Assembly: GCA_039818205.1 (NCBI GenBank)
Contig: JBCBUK010000005.1
Coordinates: forward strand, 192,001 to 256,000
Length of the DNA: 64,000 nt
Source: Verrucomicrobiota bacterium
Lineage (GTDB): Bacteria > Verrucomicrobiota > Verrucomicrobiia > Opitutales > Cerasicoccaceae
Direction of reading: 5' to 3'
Position numbers and translations under genes: made by a program. Of this stretch, positions 20,462-29,382 are shown piece after piece (position 1 is the first letter of the stretch; every line of letters starts with the position of its first letter). The notes under the pieces are model-generated. The model was not told where the DNA came from, ran no database searches, and saw nothing but the letters and a program-made list of their open reading frames with translations.

Positions 20462-20490
20462 ATACTACCGCTAATGCCGCCAAGAAGCAA
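20462..20490 (-). promoter_or_regulatory. Sigma70-like promoter
   Basis: Minus strand TTGCTT-N17-TAGTAT. Confidence 0.5.
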
Positions 20491-20539
20491 GTAGCTCACT
20501 CGCCAAAATATACCAATTTTACGCAATATTCGGTCGAGA

Positions 20540-22915
20540 CTAGGCCTGCAGATCACTCCGCAAGCGGCGATAGTCCAGGGGCAGCTCACCGGCACGATTT
20601 TTAAAAACCTGGGTCAAATAGCTTCCGCGGCGGAAACCCACCCGTGCAGCGATCTCTTCGACCGTCAAATCCGTCTGACAAAGCAGTTCCTTCGCCGCGT
20701 TAATCCGAAGCAGCTCCAAATAAGCACGCGGACTGGTGTCCAGTGTCGATTTGAACTGATACTCAAGCGCTCTCCGACTGATGCCACAGGCTTCGGCTAT
20801 CTGATCACCGCTGATTGACGAACTGTAGTTTTGCCGCATGAAGGCAACTGCCTGGTTTAAACCACGTTCACTAATTGCCAAATCGCGGCTACTATCTCGC
20901 TCAACAACCCCACGCGGGAGGACTAAACAGGGCCCATTGGGAATCTGCTTTTCTCCGGTAATGATCGAAACCAACTCCTTAATCACGGTAAAACCCATGC
21001 GCTGAAACGAAACGTCGACACTACTCAGAGTCGGCAACGCCAGATGGCTAAGCAATTCATCGTTGTCCACCCCGACGACCGATAGCTCCCGAGGAACATT
21101 GATACCGCAATCGCCACACACCGTTAGCAGAGTAGCAGCCAGAGTATCGTTAAACACAAAAACCGCACTGGGCTTTGGTAGACTTAGCAACCACTCGTGC
21201 AAATACTCAGCACTCTTAAAGGCCTCGCGGTGGATATTACTCTCATCGATACCGGCTTTCAGTAATGCGCTTTTATACCCGATGAATCGCGCATCACCAC
21301 GACTGTCAATCGTGTCCGAACTCAAATGATTAAACGGGTCTGGACCGTAGTCGAAGTAGGCAAAGGTGCGATGACCTTTACTTAAAAAATGTTTTGCGGC
21401 CGATTCGCCCACTGCCGTGTTCTCGATCTCAACCGAGAACGACATTGGCAGATCTCGTCGATGCTCACAAAAAACCAACGGGCGCGCCCCAATGACGTCC
21501 TCCGGGATAACAACCTCTGGCGCAAGGATGAAGCCGTCATACGCCGTGTAGTGTGGCAGTTCGCTATACTCGATGCCGATGCTTGGCTCCTTGACCGATC
21601 GCCCAACATTCAAAGCCAAACGAATCTCGGGACGTGCCCGCGAAAACTCCTCGATCCCACGCAAGAATCCACGAGCGGAATGGCACCGCAGTGCGCTCAG
21701 GAAGCAAATGGAGATCTGATCCGATCGACTCGTACGGTTGATATTTGGGGTATGAATCGATGCCTTTTCACGAAACACATCGCGATATTGGCGCGGAGTT
21801 AAGCCGACAAACTGACGAAACTGCTTGCGCAAGTTCCCCACCTCCTGGCTAAGCGATCCGGCAATACGCTCGAAACTGTCGTTCGATTCTCGCAGCAATC
21901 GTTTCGTTCGCCGAACTCGCTCTCGAATGATCGATTGTTGAATCGTGCAGTCCAAATTTTCCCGAAAAATAACTTCAAGCCGGCGTAAACTGCGATCAGT
22001 TTTCTGGGCGATCAACGATGGCGTCAGTTCGCCTACCGAGGAATTCTCTATCAACTCGAGGGCTTCCTGAACAGCCGGGTGCGGGCACGAGTTCCCTTCC
22101 GTCGATTCCCGGCGGCAGACAACGGGCATCGGCAAAAAATCGGCCTCAAAACGGGTATCCGGTTTATTCAGCCGCGCGATGAGCAGTCGCATTCCTTCAT
22201 AGGCTACCGACTCCGCCATTGGATCAATGCTCGTCAAAAAGGGACGATACAACATACACAGCAAGCGGTCGTTATCGACTCCGACGATCGAGACCTCACG
22301 AGGAACATCAATACCTTCCAGTTGGCAGGCTTCCGCGACGATCAGAGCCCCAAGATCATTATATGCAAAAATTGGCTTGCGCAAACTGCGGATCCATTCC
22401 CGCAATCGTTGAAATCCCTCCTGCCCATGCGCCTCAAAACGCGCATCGATCAAGGGGCTTATTGTGGCGTTGATCTCTTCGCGAAAAGCCTCGCATCGTC
22501 GCTTGCTGCGCAACGCGTTTCGCTCATCTCGATCATGCGTGCCATCGTAATAACCAAAACTGACCGCGCCGACATCCAGCAACGCTTGCGCCGCCATCTG
22601 GCCAATGCGTTCGTGCGGCACCTGCAAATCAATTTTGTTATCATCCTCAGCCGGCTCTCCGAGGCGCACCACCGGGAAGTCCAAAGCATGCCGCTCCAGC
22701 CCAGAATTGCGCCCCCAGACGAGCATACCATCGAAGGCCGACAGGTACTCCTTTGATAAATCCTCCCGCCAACCGACGAGATTCGCCTGCACCCGAAGGT
22801 CATGTTCCCGGATACAACGAATGACACCTCGCAACATGTTGCGTCCATGAGCAAGCTGCGGGCGAGCCACGATCCCGATTCGGAGCGGCGTTTTACTGGA
22901 TGAGGGAGTAGACAA
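20540..22915 (-). CDS. Tandem-duplicated XylR-type regulator: 2 x (LacI-type sugar-binding domain + AraC HTH)
   Basis: Two copies of IF.[YF]ND...VPRE[VL]S[IV]VGVDND.LL....P.L[TS]S[IV]D...VV.R.S, each followed by an AraC HTH (ending GLTPRQYR and GELPLDYRR). TTG start. Confidence 0.88.
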   Translation of the reverse strand: MSTPSSSKTPLRIGIVARPQLAHGRNMLRGVIRCIREHDLRVQANLVGWREDLSKEYLSAFDGMLVWGRNSGLERHALDFPVVRLGEPAEDDNKIDLQVPHERIGQMAAQALLDVGAVSFGYYDGTHDRDERNALRSKRRCEAFREEINATISPLIDARFEAHGQEGFQRLREWIRSLRKPIFAYNDLGALIVAEACQLEGIDVPREVSIVGVDNDRLLCMLYRPFLTSIDPMAESVAYEGMRLLIARLNKPDTRFEADFLPMPVVCRRESTEGNSCPHPAVQEALELIENSSVGELTPSLIAQKTDRSLRRLEVIFRENLDCTIQQSIIRERVRRTKRLLRESNDSFERIAGSLSQEVGNLRKQFRQFVGLTPRQYRDVFREKASIHTPNINRTSRSDQISICFLSALRCHSARGFLRGIEEFSRARPEIRLALNVGRSVKEPSIGIEYSELPHYTAYDGFILAPEVVIPEDVIGARPLVFCEHRRDLPMSFSVEIENTAVGESAAKHFLSKGHRTFAYFDYGPDPFNHLSSDTIDSRGDARFIGYKSALLKAGIDESNIHREAFKSAEYLHEWLLSLPKPSAVFVFNDTLAATLLTVCGDCGINVPRELSVVGVDNDELLSHLALPTLSSVDVSFQRMGFTVIKELVSIITGEKQIPNGPCLVLPRGVVERDSSRDLAISERGLNQAVAFMRQNYSSSISGDQIAEACGISRRALEYQFKSTLDTSPRAYLELLRINAAKELLCQTDLTVEEIAARVGFRRGSYLTQVFKNRAGELPLDYRRLRSDLQA

Positions 22916-23105
22916 TTTGAATTCTTACATACAGATGCAATTCCGTATGAGGCGAACAAATGCCGGCCAAGGCAAGAACTATTGGTTCCGCCGATCACAT
23001 CACGCGGCAGGGTCGAACTAAGAGTCGCCCGGGAACGACGCCTGAGTGTGACAAATACGACAACCCAAACTGATTGGAACTGCGGCTGATTGATATCGCC
23101 GTCTG

Positions 23106-26100
23106 CTATGGTGCGGGGACTACCTCAATACGCAGGAACTCGTGGTCTTGATTCCCCATCGGAAAGTCAGAGCGCTCAACCACCTGTTCGAGGTCTGAGT
23201 TTTCCGCGTCGGGAGTAACCGAGACCTGAGTCGTCTGGTTGGCCTGCCAACCATTAGTAGCTAGGTTGGTCGACCGCAAAACACGCGTCTCCAGGAATGT
23301 CATCGCGGAACGACTCCGTTGATAACTGATTGTCAAATATTGCTCGTTGGTGACCTCACTAGAATCCACCCAAAAAACATTTTCGGAATCCGCCAGGGCA
23401 GGATTGAGTCCGAACGCAAACTCAGCCAGGGCCGCTATGCCGTCGTTGTCGCCATCGTCATTCGGAGATAGGTTCGTTGGCTGATCGGTCGCAACCTCCA
23501 TCTCAAAATCATCCGGCAATCCGTCGCCGTCTTGATCCTGGATTTCAAAAGCTCCGGCATCAATATGCAACCCGGCCACCCGCGGGTTCCCGGCCAGATC
23601 ATTGACCGAGGCGCTCGACAAGAGACCGTCCTCACCAAAATCGATTGCCGCTGAGCCCGGCAAGATTGAGTAATCGGCTGCAAAGATAGGATCGCCCACC
23701 GCGCAGTTACTCGCCCATCCAAGCGCGTTAATCTCGGCCTCAGTATTCGCCGTGTCCGTCCCGCCGATGTTGTTACCAACGTTCCCAAAGAAGACACTGC
23801 TAGCGAGAGTTGTTTGAGCCGTGGCACTGTTAATGATTCCTCCGGACGGGGAACCGGCGAAAATACAGTTTTTGACCGTGATGCTCGATCCGCCATCTAG
23901 GCGTAGTAAACTGTTCCCAGAAGCCGAGGTCGCATCGCCATTACCAAAAGTCGTACTGAAGAGGTCAACGGCATCAGCCCCCTTGATCATGATTCCTGTC
24001 GCGCGGTCAGCATTCTCGCTCAGGTTATCGTAAAACAGACAATTCTCCACCAACAGCGAACCGCCATTGAAGGTGAGGCCCGCCCCAGATGAGTTTGCCG
24101 CAACTCCCGCAGTGTTGCCATAAAAGGTGCAGTCACGAAGCGTAAGCGTTCCTTGTATCGGATTCACATTGAAGATGCCCGTGTAGTTATTGCTCGATGT
24201 GTTCGAAAAGAAATCACAGTTCTCAAAAACGACATTACTGACCTCAAAACCCTTCCAGCCCCGAATCAATATCACCGCCGGGCCGACGTTATTATTCGTA
24301 AATTTGCAGTTCGAAACCTGGATATCATTCACATTGGCCCCGTTGTCAGAGGTATCGATTCTAAGCGCCGAGACCCAAGTCCCAGAGGCACCCGAAACCG
24401 TAAACCCATCAAAAGCCACGGCCGATACATCAAGGATGCGGACTTCCGCTGGGTTGATTATCGTCTCATTCGTTGAGAAGTCGCGACCATCAATACTCAT
24501 CTGCCCATTGGCAAAACCACCATACACCGATACGCCAGCCGGTAGATCCAAAGGTGCTTCGTTGTAGGTCCCAGCAGCGACCCAGACCTGATCGCCAAAC
24601 TTGGCCAAGCTCAAACCTTGAGAGATCGTCTGAACCGCCTCCCCCCAGCTCTCTCCGGAGTTGGCATTGCTGCCCGATGCCCCGTCAACATAGATGAAAT
24701 CCGGTTCCAAAGGAGACGTCCGGCTCGAGCTATTGCGGACCTCCCAATAACGCTCAAACATTGCGGAAACCCGACTCGCCTGAGCTGGGTCGTTGACCAT
24801 GTTCCCCGAATCGGCCTCGGTCGGGTTGCTATCAAGGTTGAACAAGCGCGATGGCCAGGTGTCTGCCTTCGTCAAACTATTGTGTCCTCTACTTGAAGAG
24901 ATGATCAACTTCCATGGTCCTTGTCGAATCATCAACTCATTGCTAGTTCCAGCCTGCAAGAGCAGTTCATCGCGGGGCTCGTAAGTGGTGTTACCTTCAA
25001 GTACGGGAAGCAAGTTGAACGAGTCCTTCGCCTGATCTTCGGAAATCGTCTCACCGACAACCGCTGCCAACGTTGCCAGGATGTCGGTGCCATTAATCAT
25101 CGAATCGCTGCGGGTGTCCGCAGGAATAACACCAGGCCAAACCGCAATAAACGGAACGCGATGCCCGCCCTCAAAGGCCTGGTTTTTGTGCCCGCGAAAA
25201 CCGCCATTGGAATTATGGCCCGCCGACTGCGCTACCGAATCCGAAAGGCCGCCGTTATCCGATGTGAAAATAATCAAAGTATTGTCGTAAACGTTGTTCG
25301 CCTTCAACGCATCCACCATTCGCTTAACCTCCAGATCAAGGACCCGGTTCATATCGAGGTGAGGCGTGACGGTCGATCCCGCAATCGGGGTTCCGTCGAT
25401 GTTTGTTGGAGGCGTGTGCGGGATGTGGACCGCAGGGCTGCAGTAGTATAGGAAAAATGGATCACCGGCAGTTGCTTGCGCAGTTATAAAGGCAGCAGCC
25501 TTATCGGCCAGTAGCATATTCAAGGCTCGAGCATCCCAGTTCGAATCACCCACTCCGGGCCCTTTGTCGGAAACAAAGAAGGGATCCGAAGCAGAGTTTG
25601 CATCATAAAAGATGAGCTGAGAACCATTCGCCCATTCGTACCAAACACCATTCTCATGGGCCAGGTAAGTCGGCCCCTGAACGCCGGTCGCAACCGTAAA
25701 ATCATAATCGAATCCCAAGTTCTGTGGACCACCACCGATCCAGTTGCTTAGGTCGATCTGCGCCGGCGTTGCGTTGCTATCGCCCCTTCGTGTGATCGAG
25801 TTTGTTCCAGTCGCATAGAAATCACCTCCCAGGTGCCACTTTCCGACAAAGCCTGTCGTATATCCGGCGGCTTGTGTAATTGATCCCAAGGTCGTGTCAC
25901 TCGAGCTAATTGCATTGGCACCAAACGCATTCCAGACCCCAGACGGCGAATAGGAGCGGAAATTATAATTACCACTCATAAATGCGTAGCGGCTGGGCGC
26001 ACACAGAGATGCGGGTGAGTGTGCATCGTTGAACCACATTCCCTCATCGGCCAGCGTATCGAGCGTAGGCGTCGGAGCTAATGGGGCGTTACCCGTTCTC

Positions 26101-26234
26101 TCCAAATGCTGCCGGCCGATATCGCCCAGACCAAGATCATCCGCTACAATCACCACGATATTGGGTTTCATCGCTAGCGCCGAAGCACAAATTAATACGA
26201 GCATGGATAGCGTCGCTTTAGCAAAAAATTTCAT
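23106..26234 (-). CDS. Secreted formylglycine-dependent (S1) sulfatase fused to a parallel beta-helix domain and a C-terminal module
   Basis: KPNIVVIVADDLG, CAPSR, GKWHLG, FTSDNG and EGGHRVPF; then IYVDG..G.N.GESW..A..TI and beta-helix repeats, DLAGNPRV...IDAGAFE (choice-of-anchor Q-like) and DxDxDG motifs. Confidence 0.9.
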   Translation of the reverse strand: MKFFAKATLSMLVLICASALAMKPNIVVIVADDLGLGDIGRQHLERTGNAPLAPTPTLDTLADEGMWFNDAHSPASLCAPSRYAFMSGNYNFRSYSPSGVWNAFGANAISSSDTTLGSITQAAGYTTGFVGKWHLGGDFYATGTNSITRRGDSNATPAQIDLSNWIGGGPQNLGFDYDFTVATGVQGPTYLAHENGVWYEWANGSQLIFYDANSASDPFFVSDKGPGVGDSNWDARALNMLLADKAAAFITAQATAGDPFFLYYCSPAVHIPHTPPTNIDGTPIAGSTVTPHLDMNRVLDLEVKRMVDALKANNVYDNTLIIFTSDNGGLSDSVAQSAGHNSNGGFRGHKNQAFEGGHRVPFIAVWPGVIPADTRSDSMINGTDILATLAAVVGETISEDQAKDSFNLLPVLEGNTTYEPRDELLLQAGTSNELMIRQGPWKLIISSSRGHNSLTKADTWPSRLFNLDSNPTEADSGNMVNDPAQASRVSAMFERYWEVRNSSSRTSPLEPDFIYVDGASGSNANSGESWGEAVQTISQGLSLAKFGDQVWVAAGTYNEAPLDLPAGVSVYGGFANGQMSIDGRDFSTNETIINPAEVRILDVSAVAFDGFTVSGASGTWVSALRIDTSDNGANVNDIQVSNCKFTNNNVGPAVILIRGWKGFEVSNVVFENCDFFSNTSSNNYTGIFNVNPIQGTLTLRDCTFYGNTAGVAANSSGAGLTFNGGSLLVENCLFYDNLSENADRATGIMIKGADAVDLFSTTFGNGDATSASGNSLLRLDGGSSITVKNCIFAGSPSGGIINSATAQTTLASSVFFGNVGNNIGGTDTANTEAEINALGWASNCAVGDPIFAADYSILPGSAAIDFGEDGLLSSASVNDLAGNPRVAGLHIDAGAFEIQDQDGDGLPDDFEMEVATDQPTNLSPNDDGDNDGIAALAEFAFGLNPALADSENVFWVDSSEVTNEQYLTISYQRSRSAMTFLETRVLRSTNLATNGWQANQTTQVSVTPDAENSDLEQVVERSDFPMGNQDHEFLRIEVVPAP

Positions 26235-26814
26235 GGAACTTTATACGTGTAAATTGACTAGCGAAATTACGATATCGTGGTATTAGCTCGATAAACTGCA
26301 TCTACGCGAGGCTGGTAGCGACCAATGCTCACGGTCGTAACTTGCGGTTTGTAATTGGGATTTCATTGAGAGGCGGGAAGCCTCGTGGCTGGTAAGCTAT
26401 TAAAATACTAGAGAATTCGCATGCAAAAAACAAGGGGCTCATCCGCCAAGTTGTATCAAAATTGCGAAGCCGCATCCCGGTTCTAGTGGAAGAAATATCG
26501 AGATCGGCGCTACCCAGATCCGCTTACGTACGCCTCTATCCACTCAGCATTCGACTGCCTCTACGGAATGAAGACCGACTGGGAGCAAACGATACGAGAT
26601 CATAAAAGCCGGAAGCATTATATTCAAATTTCACCACCCATATGATCGCGAAGAAGGCCCGAAAAAACCGCGACCAGAAAATCAAATTAGGGGATACCCT
26701 TCCCTATTAAATAAGGCTTCACAACCACAAATCAGCCAATAACAGACGGGAAAAAACAAGCAATTTTGTTACCTAGAAATATTGACAAATTGCTTCAAAC
26801 AGATAACGATATAT

Positions 26815-27197
26815 CACAAGTCAGCGATCAACTGATCCGCCTCGGAGCACGCTTCGATTGGCGAAGCTGCTTTCCCAATTCCCTACCCAATCAACTTGCA
26901 ATCGTGCACCAGCCCACCCCAGGCCACCGCCTATCCGAATCGCCAGCGAAGCAGTTTGCGGCGCCTGCTCCCCGTCGGAACACGCCGAATCTCCGTTCAT
27001 ACGGACCATTCCCTGCCAGATCGACAGTTTTAGGCATCAGAGCATCGGCACTGGAACTGGCTGCGGGCCGCAACGATGAGAAACCGGGCGCATGCTGGGA
27101 TGCCGGGAAGACTTTACCTGGGAGGTTAGGTAGTTAAGCGGAAGACTACCGTATCCATAACGTGGCCGGGCATCTCGATGCCCGGCCTCTTTGTTTG
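26815..27197 (+). ncRNA. Candidate structured non-coding RNA or regulatory leader (~380 nt)
   Basis: TTGACA at 26782-26787 upstream (weak -10), several nested complementary segments, a strong terminator at the 3' end and no credible ORF. Confidence 0.4.
27164..27197 (+). terminator. Intrinsic terminator with no protein-coding gene upstream on its strand
   Basis: GGCCGGGCATC-tc-GATGCCCGGCC followed by TCTTTGTTTG. Confidence 0.8.
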
Positions 27198-27281
27198 TTA
27201 AAAAACCTGTCAAAAGTCTCCCCCAAAAACCGATGGTTTTCCCTATTTGAGAGCCGGGTCCTAAGAGCATACTTTACTCGA

Positions 27282-28184
27282 ATGATCCAGTCGCCTACCT
27301 CCATCCTAACAACTGCCTCCTGCCTACTCCTTCTCACTTCAAGTCACGCCGATTGGACCTTTCGGTCCCTCGAAATCGTACTTGGAAACCCCGATGGTAC
27401 CCGCGAAGTCGTCCACGTCGAAGAACCCGATGAACCGATCGTCATTCACCTAGATCAACATGTCGGCCCGTACATGGCTTTCAAAGTGGAGACCTCCTAC
27501 GAGATCGAAGCCACTTGGCTGACTATCCAAAACGTGACCGCCTACGATAAAGACATTCCATTTGTTCTCCCAATTTCGTTCACCGAGCACGGTGGATGGT
27601 TGGCCCAACCCGGAGAATACGATCTCACGCTCGAACTGTTGACCGAAGCGGGCAATAAGGAATCCATTGTTGAAACGAAGCGCTTTACGCTAGCCGTCTA
27701 TGATGCCCAAGACATGACCCGCGATTACACAACCGGACGCTTCGGAGATGCCTGGGGACCGAAGTGGCATCTTATAAAACCGAACCCCTACTCTAAAGAC
27801 TACCTAGAACCGCCTGTCATTGCGGCCGCTCCCGTCGTGACGCCGACACCAGCACCACTGGCTGCTCCGACTCCACCCACACCCACACCCGCTGCTCCGA
27901 CTCCTTCAACACCGGAAACCGCGACCTCAACCACCAACACCTTGGTGGCTGCTACCGCGGACACACAGGACGGCACATTCCGCGACTCTGGAGCAGCTAA
28001 ATGGCTGATCATCATCATCTTCATGGGTAGTCTGGTTGCTGGTGGCGCGACCTTCACGATCTTCCAGGTGAGCCGGCGGCGGCGCCTCGATTCCCTAACA
28101 AACAGGGCGCTCCGCGACCGAAAAGTCATCCCAATCCGACCCCGCTCCAAGCCGCCTCGTCCGGACGAACAAGAGTCGGCGTAA
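27282..28184 (+). CDS. Hypothetical exported protein with Pro/Thr/Ala-rich stalk, C-terminal TM anchor and basic tail
   Basis: Signal-like N-terminus (LTTASCLLLLTSSHA); PTPAPLAAPTPPTPTPAAPTPSTP linker; TM WLIIIIFMGSLVAGGATFTIF followed by RRRR. Confidence 0.7.
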   Translation: MIQSPTSILTTASCLLLLTSSHADWTFRSLEIVLGNPDGTREVVHVEEPDEPIVIHLDQHVGPYMAFKVETSYEIEATWLTIQNVTAYDKDIPFVLPISFTEHGGWLAQPGEYDLTLELLTEAGNKESIVETKRFTLAVYDAQDMTRDYTTGRFGDAWGPKWHLIKPNPYSKDYLEPPVIAAAPVVTPTPAPLAAPTPPTPTPAAPTPSTPETATSTTNTLVAATADTQDGTFRDSGAAKWLIIIIFMGSLVAGGATFTIFQVSRRRRLDSLTNRALRDRKVIPIRPRSKPPRPDEQESA

Positions 28185-28200
28185 GCGAGTTCAACGGCAT

Positions 28201-28233
28201 AAAAATATCCGCTGGAAACTACTCCAGCGGATA
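28201..28233 (-). terminator. Intrinsic terminator between convergent genes
   Basis: TATCCGCTGGA-N6-TCCAGCGGATA with an A5 tract on the left, which is a T-run on the minus strand. Confidence 0.8.
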
Positions 28234-28260
28234 CGTTCTATGGCTAAAATTCGATTTGAT

Positions 28261-29055
28261 CTACGCTTTGCGACGGCGGATAACTCCAAAGCCGATCACG
28301 ATCAATCCAGTGATCAACGCGTAGGTCGAAGGTTCGGGAACGACTACCAAGTCGACCGAAATACCGCCAATTGCGATTGCGGCATCGGTAGTATTGGAGG
28401 TCAAGCCACGCATACCGAAGCGTGCCGTGTTGCCGGGATCGGCATCAAGATACTCAGAAAGCGTCAGCCCAGCGGCGGCACCGGTATTGCCGACTAGATT
28501 AGTCGCCACGATGGTCGATCCGACAAACGAGGTCGCATCGGTTTTGTTCGTAATCGTCGGGGTCAGGTCCCAGGAACCGTTGGCTAGGCGAACAAAATCC
28601 ATCTGGATATCGAGGACATCCGAACCCGCAGCATAGGCAGTGTCTGTGGCACTACCAACACTCAAGGAGGTACCGGTGAACTGAAGCTCCGCACGAACCT
28701 GGGGAGTTTGGGCGCCAGTATGTTCCGGTAACGCAGCAACACCAAATGCATAAAGGTCGTTGCCGCCGTTACCCGCTCCGGTGAAAACGACATCGGTCAG
28801 CAAGACGCTGACGGTGTCACCAACACCAATTCCGAAGGAGGCAAGATTGCGTGCTCGGGAGAAGTTCGCTCCATTAATCGCGTTACCGCCAGAAATGGTC
28901 CAAGCGGCTTGGCCTTCCCATCCGGCAGCACCGGAGATTGGACCGTCTGGGGCGGTACCGAAGTCGGTGGAGAAAATGGTTTGGCCAGAGCATAAAACCG
29001 CAGATCCGAGAAGAACTCCAATCGACGGCAATAGTTTCGAAGTAATTTTTATCAT
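28261..29055 (-). CDS. PEP-CTERM sorting domain protein
   Basis: Signal MIKITSKLLPSIGVLLGSAVLCSG and C-terminus VPEPSTYALITGLIVIGFGVIRRRKA. Confidence 0.92.
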   Translation of the reverse strand: MIKITSKLLPSIGVLLGSAVLCSGQTIFSTDFGTAPDGPISGAAGWEGQAAWTISGGNAINGANFSRARNLASFGIGVGDTVSVLLTDVVFTGAGNGGNDLYAFGVAALPEHTGAQTPQVRAELQFTGTSLSVGSATDTAYAAGSDVLDIQMDFVRLANGSWDLTPTITNKTDATSFVGSTIVATNLVGNTGAAAGLTLSEYLDADPGNTARFGMRGLTSNTTDAAIAIGGISVDLVVVPEPSTYALITGLIVIGFGVIRRRKA

Positions 29056-29382
29056 CTGAAGAGGTAGAATTTCGTTAATTTTTAGGGTTATCAAGACACC
29101 TGAACTCTGGCAGAGCAGAAAAATCTGACGGAGCCAAATACAAGCGGGTGAGGGTTGGCGAGATATGAAGGCATAACCGCGCCTCTCTATAGGTTGCATG
29201 CTAGTTGGGCGTTTTGTACACATCAACCAAATTTTTTATTTTCACCCGGCTCTAGAGCAGGAAACCCCCCAAAAAACGATTAGTCCGACGACCCCAATCG
29301 TCAGTTCATCGCCTTGGACAGAGCCAAAGCAACCCCGAACCTCGCCGCTGGAGGCGAGATGGGCAACTGCAGCCAATAAGTT

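Noticed and set aside
26686..26708. AGGG...CCCT palindromes upstream of both sulfatases (~26689 and ~62805) and at ~15233
   Set aside because: The spacer length differs between copies (4, 6 and 7 nt), which is inconsistent with a single operator.
26815..27197. RNase P RNA, tmRNA or cobalamin riboswitch identity for the orphan RNA candidate
   Set aside because: There is no GAGGAAAGUCC core and no tRNA-like GGGG.../...CCACCA ends. The B12-box-like words (GCACTG, CCGCAAC, GGGAAG) are in the wrong order.
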